Shown here in pieces: positions 49,285-57,403 of a stretch of 64,000 nucleotides of DNA. The notes beneath the pieces were generated by a model. The model ran no database searches. It had not been told where the DNA came from and saw only the letters and a program-made list of their open reading frames with translations. Within the stretch, counting starts at the first letter, position 1. Each line of letters opens with the position of its first letter. The stretch is from a virus: IMG/VR virus record IMGVR_UViG_3300005613_000037, positions 8,731 to 72,730 of that record; one strand, written 5' to 3'. The translations under genes and the position numbers were made by a program.

Positions 49285-50397
49285 TCACTTGAGTATGTTT
49301 ATAACTTCTGGATACCAATCTGCTTTTGTTTCATCCTTACCTTCATAGTCGATCGTATCGAGTACATATCTCATTGCGTTCAATCTTCCTATCTTCTTAT
49401 CATTTGAGTTCACGATCACCCAAGGTGATTTTTCTGTACTTGTTTTTTGGAACATTTCGTTTTTGAAGTCACCGATCATTTCAAATTTATCGACAACTTT
49501 TGCATCGTTCGGTGAGAATTTCCAATATTTAAGTGGGCTTTCTTGTCTGATGTTGAACCTTTGTAGTTGTTTTTCTTTTGTTATCGAGAACCAGAATTTT
49601 ATCAATATCACCCCATCATCTATCAATTTACTCTCCCACACATTTACATTTGACATGAAATCTTTGTATTGTTCTTCTGTACAATATCCCATTACAGGTT
49701 CTACAACAGCTCTATTGTACCAACTCCTGTCGAAGAAAACTATTTCTCCTTCATGTGGTAGGTGTTCTTCATATCTTTTGAACCAATTATTTTTTTCTTC
49801 CTCAGTTGGAACTCCAAGGGCGACAACTCTGAAATGTTTCGGGTTCAAATATTCTATGAATCTTTTGATGGTTGATCCTTTACCGGCAGCATCTCGGCCT
49901 TCGAATACGATAGCAACTTTTTTATTGTTCTTGATGACCCATTCCTGTAATTTTAAAAGTTCTACTTGAATATCATATTTTTCGCCCTCATATCTTTTTC
50001 TTGGTAGAATTGATTCTTCTTGTTCTATTCTGTCAAAATATTCTTCTTTAGGAAATTTTTCTCTTTGTTTTTCCATTCTTTGTGCAAGTCCATCAACATA
50101 TCTGTCAATGTTCCTGATGATTCTTTCTTCTGTGTTCTTAGGTCTTAATTTGAGAATTTGAAATATCTTCCTGAGCAATGCTTCGGTGTTGAGTATCTTA
50201 ATGTTCTCATTGCCGAACTTCTTTTTCATTTCATGTAGAGTTTTTTCCACATCTATGTTCGAATCGCCTTCAATGATATCATTTTTAATGTCGTTCAGAT
50301 ATGATCCGATATTATTAATCAGTTCTGTATCAGTGTCTTTGTAATTCTCATATATTGGATTTGTTCGCGTAAATTCTATGTAATTGGAAATTTTCAT
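49285..50397 (-). CDS. ppk2: Polyphosphate kinase 2 with an N-terminal extension of about 130 aa
   Basis: FEGRDAAGKGS, FFDRSWYNRAVVEPVMGYC, LIKFWFSIT and WKFSPND motifs. Confidence 0.95.
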   Translation of the reverse strand: MKISNYIEFTRTNPIYENYKDTDTELINNIGSYLNDIKNDIIEGDSNIDVEKTLHEMKKKFGNENIKILNTEALLRKIFQILKLRPKNTEERIIRNIDRYVDGLAQRMEKQREKFPKEEYFDRIEQEESILPRKRYEGEKYDIQVELLKLQEWVIKNNKKVAIVFEGRDAAGKGSTIKRFIEYLNPKHFRVVALGVPTEEEKNNWFKRYEEHLPHEGEIVFFDRSWYNRAVVEPVMGYCTEEQYKDFMSNVNVWESKLIDDGVILIKFWFSITKEKQLQRFNIRQESPLKYWKFSPNDAKVVDKFEMIGDFKNEMFQKTSTEKSPWVIVNSNDKKIGRLNAMRYVLDTIDYEGKDETKADWYPEVINILK

Positions 50398-50421
50398 AAT
50401 ATGTTATATATTATTTGAATA

Positions 50422-51327
50422 TCATATCTTTTTTTCAAATATGTAAAGATCATATATCTTATTTCCCTTTACATTCTTAATTTTTTTCAATACATCACCA
50501 GTTGTTGAATCAAGGACCTTATAAACGCCAATGTTCTGTCCTTTGTCTGTCAGTATTTTAACCGTGTTCCCTGGTTTTCCGATTGCTCCAAGTATGGCAA
50601 CATATTGATTTCCATATATTGATTTGAGAAAGCTTATTCTGATGTTCTCTACATTTTTAACATTATTGACATATGCGTTATCGCTAACATTATCAAGGTC
50701 AAGTTTAGTGTCAGTCGGTGTGACCCTTATTGTTGCAAACTTTCGTTTTTCATCACCTAGTGATATTTCTTCTCGGTTCTGAATATAGTTCTGATTGACC
50801 AATTTCTGTTGTTCTCTTCGTATAGAATTGAAATCTGCTCTTGCAATGATCCCGCCTCTCATTCCTTTATCATCCATATTATATCCTTCGGGCGCAAGTC
50901 GGAAGAAAGATCCGGTCCATGTCATTGATAATATTCTATCGGCTCTGAAAAGTCGCCATATTTTATTTATATGTCGATTACTTGATACAGACCATCCATT
51001 GAGATGATATCCTCTTATCAATATTTTTCCTTTTGATGATCGGCCTATCACCATCGGGTATATCACTCTCTCGTGTCCAGCAAAGTGTTTATCCTTTTCA
51101 CCTTTATAATTTATCAAAAATACCATTCCATATTTTATTGCTTTCACAATAAGTTCCTTTGTATATTTGATAGGCTCGTTCACTGGTATGTTTTTGAACT
51201 CCTTGACATTTTTCAATGAGAATCTTGGTATGAACTCACGATCTTCTTTTAGGTCATTATATGACTCTTTGATTATGAACTCTACCGGCTTTCTATTGAA
51301 GTATGATTTTGATTGACTGATATTCAT
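50422..51327 (-). CDS. WYL-like domain protein
   Basis: KAIKYGMVFLINYKG...ERVIYPMVIG...LIRGYH...WRLFRADRILS; no N-terminal HTH seen; ATG 51327 lies 7 nt after AATATATA. Confidence 0.7.
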   Translation of the reverse strand: MNISQSKSYFNRKPVEFIIKESYNDLKEDREFIPRFSLKNVKEFKNIPVNEPIKYTKELIVKAIKYGMVFLINYKGEKDKHFAGHERVIYPMVIGRSSKGKILIRGYHLNGWSVSSNRHINKIWRLFRADRILSMTWTGSFFRLAPEGYNMDDKGMRGGIIARADFNSIRREQQKLVNQNYIQNREEISLGDEKRKFATIRVTPTDTKLDLDNVSDNAYVNNVKNVENIRISFLKSIYGNQYVAILGAIGKPGNTVKILTDKGQNIGVYKVLDSTTGDVLKKIKNVKGNKIYDLYIFEKKI

Positions 51328-51374
51328 TACTTTATATATATTAAAATGTGATTTCAAAATAAAATATATACGAT

Positions 51375-52076
51375 ATGGATTCAGATAAACTTACAGATTA
51401 TTATATAAAGGTCAAATCTTATGTGGATGATTACATTTCAACATGGAATGTAAGACCTTCAAGATTAAAGAAATATCTTAACAGAAATCGTCTTTCTGAT
51501 TTTTTAGAGAACCAATCTTTGAATGATGTTAAATTGATAGATCGTGTATTGGATGATGTTCTGTCCAGTTACATTGCTTTGGAGAATGACAGCATACTCA
51601 CATTTGAGAATTATAATTTCGTTAATGATAATGATGACTTATTGAGTATATTGTTTTTTGGTATGTCAGATTCAAGTGTTGATCACGAAAAGTTATTGGC
51701 AGATATCTTTGACACTTCTCTTAGTAGAATAGATTCTATTGATTCTACCAAGCATCTTTTCCGAGTTGATGGTCTCGTTTCAGATGCTGATGTGATGATC
51801 TTTGATGAAAGTGATATTGAAGTTCTCAAAGAAAATGTTGCAGAGTTCGTGCAAAATGAGTTAAGAAAAGAGTCGGTCAGTGTGGGGATTTCCGAAGGTA
51901 TCTCGTTAGATTTTGCTGTTGGGGATTTTATTGATCATTATGACATGAATTCTCATATTTGGTCGCAGGTCGATTACAATTTTTTAGTTCAATTACTTGA
52001 ATCTGTTTTGGATTGTGAGGTAACTGAGGATCCCAATGAGAAATACATTGTGTGCAAAGAACCTCAGATCATGTAA
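51375..52076 (+). CDS. Acidic hypothetical protein
   Basis: 233 aa; AATATATA 4 nt before the ATG. Confidence 0.7.
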   Translation: MDSDKLTDYYIKVKSYVDDYISTWNVRPSRLKKYLNRNRLSDFLENQSLNDVKLIDRVLDDVLSSYIALENDSILTFENYNFVNDNDDLLSILFFGMSDSSVDHEKLLADIFDTSLSRIDSIDSTKHLFRVDGLVSDADVMIFDESDIEVLKENVAEFVQNELRKESVSVGISEGISLDFAVGDFIDHYDMNSHIWSQVDYNFLVQLLESVLDCEVTEDPNEKYIVCKEPQIM

Positions 52077-52095
52077 CATCATGATAGTATTTTAA

Positions 52096-52371
52096 CTAAT
52101 TCTCTTCTAATGTTGCCGAGAGTCCTGCATGTATTAGTTTTTCTTTCATGGTGGAGAGTTTTTCGAAGTCTCCGTATTTTACATCACATTTTCCGTTGAA
52201 GTGTACTATGTGAGCGCATTGGTTTGCCTGTTCCAACTCGTGTCCACATATTGTCATTAGGCATTGTATCACATGATCGAAAGTATTGTAATCATCATTG
52301 TGTAGTATGATTTTAAATGGTTGTGATAGAATTTCCTCGACTTTTGATTGTTTCTTAGTTTTAGTTGCCAT
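52096..52371 (-). CDS. clpS: ATP-dependent Clp protease adaptor ClpS
   Basis: IILHNDDYNTFDHVI...AHIVHFNGKCDV...AGLSATLE. Confidence 0.9.
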   Translation of the reverse strand: MATKTKKQSKVEEILSQPFKIILHNDDYNTFDHVIQCLMTICGHELEQANQCAHIVHFNGKCDVKYGDFEKLSTMKEKLIHAGLSATLEEN

Positions 52372-52372
52372 T

Positions 52373-52930
52373 TTATTTATTTATTATTAAAGGTTTTTTT
52401 TCTGATTTTGTTACATCGATTATTTCTACAACACAAGGTTGTGTTTTTGCCCACTCTGGGAATTTTTTCAAGTGTTCATGTCTATCGTCATACATTACAA
52501 ATGTATTAGGATTGTATTTATTGATAAGATCAGAGAAAAGATTTGTTTTGAAATGATATGTATCCATACCAGGGTTCAAATAGACATGTTCTCCGAATTC
52601 TATATTATGGGTTCTGAGTACATCTTCTACTTGTGGTCTTAGTGAGAGCTTACCTGGATATTTACCGTTTCTTGATTTGTCCAATCTTCCGGTTGCTAAG
52701 ATACATAATGTATCATCTTCAGTGATTGCTTCAAGATATTTTTTATAGACATATGGGTTGACTGGAATGTTGAATATTTCAACATTCAAAGTTTCTGGTT
52801 TTGACCACCAACCGTTGTATGGCCAATCAAGTCCTGTTTTTTGTTCCCATTCTTTTTTACCTGTGATATGATCAGGCGTGAAGAAAAGTGTATCATCAAA
52901 GTCGAAACTTACTATTTTATTGTATTTCAT
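52373..52930 (-). CDS. HAD-superfamily phosphatase (RNA-repair HAD-like)
   Basis: SFDFDDTLFFTP, WWSKPETL, LATGR and MYDDR motifs. Confidence 0.8.
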   Translation of the reverse strand: MKYNKIVSFDFDDTLFFTPDHITGKKEWEQKTGLDWPYNGWWSKPETLNVEIFNIPVNPYVYKKYLEAITEDDTLCILATGRLDKSRNGKYPGKLSLRPQVEDVLRTHNIEFGEHVYLNPGMDTYHFKTNLFSDLINKYNPNTFVMYDDRHEHLKKFPEWAKTQPCVVEIIDVTKSEKKPLIINK

Positions 52931-52995
52931 TTTAGGAGCATCGTTTTTCTATATATAAATTATTACGATACAAATATATAAAAAAATATCATAAA

Positions 52996-53430
52996 ATGAA
53001 AATACTTGAAATTATATCAAAAATGGATTTTAAAACGATTGTTATTATCGTTTTACTGGCAATCTGTGCCGGATTTTTTTACAATTGGTTATATACTGAC
53101 ACCGGGAATGGTGAGGAAAGAAAGCGACTTGAACGAGAGAATCAATTGATAAAGATAGAAAGAAAAAAATTGGAAACTTCACTTTATGAATTGGATAAGA
53201 AATTCAAGAGAGACTCACTTAGGTTGATAGAAATAAATTCAGAAATTATTGTTTTGAATCAACAATTGAATGAGAAAGATGAAAAGCTCAATAGAACTTT
53301 AAAAGAACTTGAACAACAGAGGAAGGTTGCAGAGGATATAAGAAAAAAGATAAAGGATCTCGAGCAGAATCAGATAAAGAGAAAGGGAGTTGATCTTTTA
53401 GAATCATTAGAAGAAAAAACAAAGCAGTAA
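52996..53430 (+). CDS. N-anchored coiled-coil membrane protein (i-spanin-like)
   Basis: TM segment IVIIVLLAICAGFFY followed by a long heptad coiled coil. Confidence 0.6.
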   Translation: MKILEIISKMDFKTIVIIVLLAICAGFFYNWLYTDTGNGEERKRLERENQLIKIERKKLETSLYELDKKFKRDSLRLIEINSEIIVLNQQLNEKDEKLNRTLKELEQQRKVAEDIRKKIKDLEQNQIKRKGVDLLESLEEKTKQ

Positions 53431-53431
53431 T

Positions 53432-54016
53432 ATGAAAAAGATAACTTTATTTATAATATTAACATTGTCATTTATCAATTCCTATTCACAGGAATTTTAC
53501 TCACTTTACTCTGATACTATCATAGAAGAGCCTTGTGATATGATATCGGAGCAAAAAGATAGTGTTGTTTTTGACCTACCAGAATTCTATGTTATAGAGA
53601 ATGATACCGTCGGGGTCATTATTACAGTTGAACAGGCTCAGAAGATAGATTCTGATCTTGAAATGTTGAAACTGTTCAAGCAACTTGATAATCAGGTTAA
53701 ACAGGTTGATGAATTTTATATTACTGTTATAAATTCACAGAATGACAAGATTTCCATACTTGAAACAACAATATCAAAGTTGAAACAGGCAAGTGGAAAT
53801 CAAGATGAGATGATAAAAACTCTGAAAGACAAGATTAATCAAAGAAAACGAGACATTGAACTTGCAAACCAACAGATATTCAATGATCAAGTTATCATAC
53901 AGGGGTTGAAAGAAGATCTTTCCAAGGAAAAAACAAAGAAGATCATTGGAACGGTCACTACTGGTAGTGGCGCTGCAATACTTTTGGGATTATTGATATG
54001 GCAATCCGTGAAGTGA
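53432..54016 (+). CDS. Secreted coiled-coil protein with C-terminal hydrophobic anchor (spanin partner candidate)
   Basis: Signal peptide MKKITLFIILTLSFINSYSQ, coiled coil, C-terminal GAAILLGLLIW. Confidence 0.6.
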   Translation: MKKITLFIILTLSFINSYSQEFYSLYSDTIIEEPCDMISEQKDSVVFDLPEFYVIENDTVGVIITVEQAQKIDSDLEMLKLFKQLDNQVKQVDEFYITVINSQNDKISILETTISKLKQASGNQDEMIKTLKDKINQRKRDIELANQQIFNDQVIIQGLKEDLSKEKTKKIIGTVTTGSGAAILLGLLIWQSVK

Positions 54017-54079
54017 AAAAAACGAGTTTTTTAAAACAATATATACATTAAATAAAATTACAAAAAAATCAAAAAAGAT

Positions 54080-54691
54080 ATGAAAAGACACGTAAGAAAC
54101 TTTGATAACTTCAAAAAAAGTAAACTTGAAAAAAATCAAGAGAAATCTACTCCGATACAAGAGAATGTAATGGAGACCGGTAACACTTTGAAGGTGATAA
54201 CAACCATTGATGTTCCTACATCATTGGTGAACGCTTATGCTAAAAAGGCAAAGGATACATTTGATAAAGATGTTCTGAGATTCTATGGTAGAGATGGAGT
54301 TGCAGAAGAGCTAGTTAAATGGGTCGGTATGAACAAATTGAATATCGATGAGATACCAGCAGGAGCATTGACGGGTGATGAAGAACCACAGGTACAACCT
54401 GAAGCTCAGCCACAGGTACAGGCGCAAGTTCAACCTGAGGAGCCACAGATACAGGCACAACCACAAGAAGAGCCACAGGCACAACCACAGGCACAAGGTC
54501 AGATGCAGGCTCAGACAGAGCCTCAGGCACAACCCGAATTACAGACACAAGCACAGCCAGAAGAAGTGCAAGGTCAGTCACAAACAGACTTTGAAGAAGT
54601 TCAGGCACAAGAAGGTGCAGAAGGTGATGAAGAACTAGAAGAAACAGATGAAGAAGAAGGTGCTCAAGGTGAGGAAGAACTACCTCTCTGA
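54080..54691 (+). CDS. Protein with CTS-like start and Q/P/A/E low-complexity tail
   Basis: 203 aa; QPEAQPQVQAQ repeats and an acidic end. Confidence 0.75.
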   Translation: MKRHVRNFDNFKKSKLEKNQEKSTPIQENVMETGNTLKVITTIDVPTSLVNAYAKKAKDTFDKDVLRFYGRDGVAEELVKWVGMNKLNIDEIPAGALTGDEEPQVQPEAQPQVQAQVQPEEPQIQAQPQEEPQAQPQAQGQMQAQTEPQAQPELQTQAQPEEVQGQSQTDFEEVQAQEGAEGDEELEETDEEEGAQGEEELPL

Positions 54692-54719
54692 TCATTGAAT
54701 TAAGAAATAAATTTTTAAT

Positions 54720-54750
54720 AGGAGTGAATTTGAAAGAATTCACTCCTTTT
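54720..54750 (+). terminator. Rho-independent terminator
   Basis: ggagtgaatt-tgaaag-aattcactcc followed by tttt. Confidence 0.85.
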
Positions 54751-54767
54751 CATTTTATATATATCGT

Positions 54768-55379
54768 ATGAATTACCTACTTGAATATAAGAATTATGAT
54801 CGGGTACTTATTATTGTTGATGTGCAAAGATCATTCTCAAAATTCTTCACCGATAATTATTTGAAAGCCTTGAAAGAACACTGTAAGAAATTTCCTGAGG
54901 TTTTTCAGATATTTGATAACCATGTTGATGGTAAAAATGTAGATAAGGATTATCTGTATGATGTCGATCCCGATATACCGATACATCACGACCTATATTT
55001 TTTCCCAAATCAAGTTGAACAGATAGAAAAAAGGTACAATTACGATGTCGATGTGGATTTTTATAGAAAAATACTTGATAGTGAAACCTATGACTCAATA
55101 AAGAAAAAACAGGACACTGGTTCTCTTAAACTCGGAGACATGTTCAAAACCAATCAAGGCACGATCATAACTTACATCGGTAACAATCATAAGTGGTTTC
55201 ATTTACCGAAGAGACTTTATGAGATATTTCTGAAATTGAAAAATAGGCCGATAGAAATTGTTGGTGGATCTGATAATGAGTGTCTTGAAGATGTATTCAT
55301 AACGGCTAATTCCATGGGTCTGAACATTCATAAAAATAAGAGTTTTATATATAGCGCTAAAAATTGTCCGATAAAATAA
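54768..55379 (+). CDS. Isochorismatase/cysteine-hydrolase family protein (nicotinamidase-like fold)
   Basis: VLIIVDVQ (catalytic Asp), EKRY (Lys) and IVGGSDNECLEDV (Cys). Confidence 0.7.
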   Translation: MNYLLEYKNYDRVLIIVDVQRSFSKFFTDNYLKALKEHCKKFPEVFQIFDNHVDGKNVDKDYLYDVDPDIPIHHDLYFFPNQVEQIEKRYNYDVDVDFYRKILDSETYDSIKKKQDTGSLKLGDMFKTNQGTIITYIGNNHKWFHLPKRLYEIFLKLKNRPIEIVGGSDNECLEDVFITANSMGLNIHKNKSFIYSAKNCPIK

Positions 55380-55591
55380 TGCCAGCAACCTCTAAACAAC
55401 AGTTCAAGTATATATGGACCATGAGAAATAAATATGGTTCCAAAAAGAATGCACCTAAAAAGATGAAATGGGTTTTTGATAAAGAATGGACCGATGATGT
55501 TGATTATAAAAAACTTCCTAAAAAGAAGAAAGAAAAAAAGGTGAGTGAAAACTTCACCCACCTTTTGAATTTCAAAGATTACACTTCTTGA
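55379..55591 (+). CDS. Small basic protein (MPATSKQQ...) with C-terminal FKDY motif
   Basis: ATG overlaps the TAA of the upstream gene. Confidence 0.65.
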   Translation: MPATSKQQFKYIWTMRNKYGSKKNAPKKMKWVFDKEWTDDVDYKKLPKKKKEKKVSENFTHLLNFKDYTS

Positions 55592-56250
55592 TCTTCGACC
55601 TGTTCAACAGGTTGATGTGGGATGGCTTCGTCCATTGAGACGGGTGACATTGCATAAACCCATTTTGATATGGTATCGACCATGTTCTTTGCGCTAGTGT
55701 CATAATAGGATATTAACTTTGAAAGTTCACCTATTTTCAAAAGTATCTCTGAGAAAGTATAGGTGTCTTTTGAAAGGCCCTTTACTTTATGAGTTGCGAT
55801 CAAATGATAGATATAAGTTATCTGAGTAGCGTTACAGGCAAATTTGATCTGTTCAACATCATTTTCATGTTTTGCTTTCTTCATTGTGCCTAAAAGGTCG
55901 GTCAATTCAATTGCGATGAATACTTGATTCACATCATACTCCATCTTTTTGATAAGAAGATCGGTCAGGAACCTGTATTGTGATCTATCAAGATAGAAAT
56001 TGAAGGAACATTCTCTGAGTTCATTTTTGAATTCTCTTAACATTTGTTGTGCATTGGCGTAAAGTACATCCTTTTCTTCTTCTGTTTTATCAGTTCCTTT
56101 ATTTTCTTCCATGTATTTCTCCAATGTTTCCAATTTCAGATCCAAAGATGATTCTACATCAAAATCAATGATCCTGTACATTGTGTCGTTAACATTGAAT
56201 TCCAATTCTGGCTTTTGAGTTGCCACTTCTACTTTTTGTTTGTTTTCCAT
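55579..56250 (-). CDS. Hypothetical helical protein
   Basis: 223 aa ORF in a minus-strand run. Confidence 0.7.
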   Translation of the reverse strand: MENKQKVEVATQKPELEFNVNDTMYRIIDFDVESSLDLKLETLEKYMEENKGTDKTEEEKDVLYANAQQMLREFKNELRECSFNFYLDRSQYRFLTDLLIKKMEYDVNQVFIAIELTDLLGTMKKAKHENDVEQIKFACNATQITYIYHLIATHKVKGLSKDTYTFSEILLKIGELSKLISYYDTSAKNMVDTISKWVYAMSPVSMDEAIPHQPVEQVEDQEV

Positions 56251-56260
56251 ATATTTATAA

Positions 56261-56470
56261 TTATTTTTTTATCAATTCTTCGAGAGCTGCTAATTTATCT
56301 TTAGCATCTACATATTGATTAATCCATTTTTCCTGTTCTTCCATAAGATCAGAATGTTCACCTATGGCTGCAAGGTTCTTGTCTGATACATAAAGTGAAA
56401 AATTTGCCTCAGCTTCTGCCATTTCTGCTTTGAATCTTGCGCTTAGTGCATTGATGTATTTTTGATTCAT
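56261..56470 (-). CDS. Small helical-hairpin phage protein (…IGEHSDLMEE…)
   Basis: 69 aa; the GEHSD motif is of a kind I recall from small T4-like phage proteins; AATATATA at 56473-56480. Confidence 0.65.
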   Translation of the reverse strand: MNQKYINALSARFKAEMAEAEANFSLYVSDKNLAAIGEHSDLMEEQEKWINQYVDAKDKLAALEELIKK

Positions 56471-56487
56471 TTTATATATTTATTTTT

Positions 56488-56910
56488 TCAAAGGATCTCT
56501 GCGTGACCGTCCTTTTTCTGTTGGTCATAAAGTTCTTCAACTTGATTTGCTCTTGCAACCTTATCAAGTGTGTACTTATTTATGATCGAAGAGAAAGTTG
56601 TAAGATCAGGTTTGACCATTTTGATCTTACCGGATTGTGTGTCAATTGCAACTTTGTCTATTTCCTGTTCGATCAAGATGTCTATTGATTCTTCATCGAA
56701 TACTGATAGAAGAGTCTCATTGAATGAAACAAGTAATTGTTTCTGTAATAGAAATGCAAATTGATCATTCAATTTTGAGATCTTTATAAGTTCTTTTTGT
56801 TTTTCATTTCCAAGAAATTGAAAGTCAACAGCTATTGGAAATGCTTTCTTGGAAAATACTTTCATAAATGTGTCGATCGTATCTTGATCAACTTCATAGA
56901 ATTTGCTCAT
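56488..56910 (-). CDS. Phage metallopeptidase-like protein lacking HExxH
   Basis: ILIEQEIDKV...GKIKMVKPDLTTFSSIINKY parallels LIxHELxH...PDxEEFxxIxxRYG. Confidence 0.45.
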   Translation of the reverse strand: MSKFYEVDQDTIDTFMKVFSKKAFPIAVDFQFLGNEKQKELIKISKLNDQFAFLLQKQLLVSFNETLLSVFDEESIDILIEQEIDKVAIDTQSGKIKMVKPDLTTFSSIINKYTLDKVARANQVEELYDQQKKDGHAEIL

Positions 56911-56955
56911 TTTAATAATAGTTTTTTTCTTTGTATGTTATTGATTATCATTTGT

Positions 56956-57381
56956 TTAAAACAAAAGATATAAAAAAGTGGATATTGTTAATATACTAGT
57001 GGTCGGAACAAGGAATCTCCAAAAGAACTTATTCAAAGAAACAGTATCGATCGGTTTGAATCCTATGACCAAGAGATATGAATATTTGTCAACTTTCTGT
57101 ATCGGTTGGTAGTAGTCATACATTTCACTCAAACCCTTTGAATTCAAGTAGTTACCCAATTCTTTAACATATTCTCGTATATAATTCTGTGCGATAGTAT
57201 CAATGTCTCTTTTATTCACATTATAAGGTTCTTGGAACAGATCGTCCGGTATGTTCAGAACTGTGTACATACGATTTGCATTATCGATTCGGATATTGAA
57301 TCTGGTCCCAAGATCAATTTCATTTTCATTTATTGTCTTTCTGTATTGAAAAAAAAGTTTTATATCCTTATATAGTCCCAT
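56956..57381 (-). CDS. Hypothetical protein with C-terminal transmembrane anchor
   Basis: Ends FFWRFLVPTTSILTISTFLYLLF. Confidence 0.7.
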   Translation of the reverse strand: MGLYKDIKLFFQYRKTINENEIDLGTRFNIRIDNANRMYTVLNIPDDLFQEPYNVNKRDIDTIAQNYIREYVKELGNYLNSKGLSEMYDYYQPIQKVDKYSYLLVIGFKPIDTVSLNKFFWRFLVPTTSILTISTFLYLLF

Positions 57382-57403
57382 AAGATTTATATTTATTTGA
57401 ATG

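Noticed and set aside
33423-55364. Longest-ORF starts at 33423, 38538, 40548, 44381, 51357 and 55364
   Set aside because: Downstream ATGs (33561, 38553, 40437, 44366, 51327, 55379) avoid overlaps and fit promoter spacing, coupling or tag position better.
56252-56259. Exact T4 late promoter TATAAATA on the minus strand
   Set aside because: Single noted instance only 1 nt from the ATG in a 10-nt AT-rich gap; likely chance or a variant of the AATATATA class.
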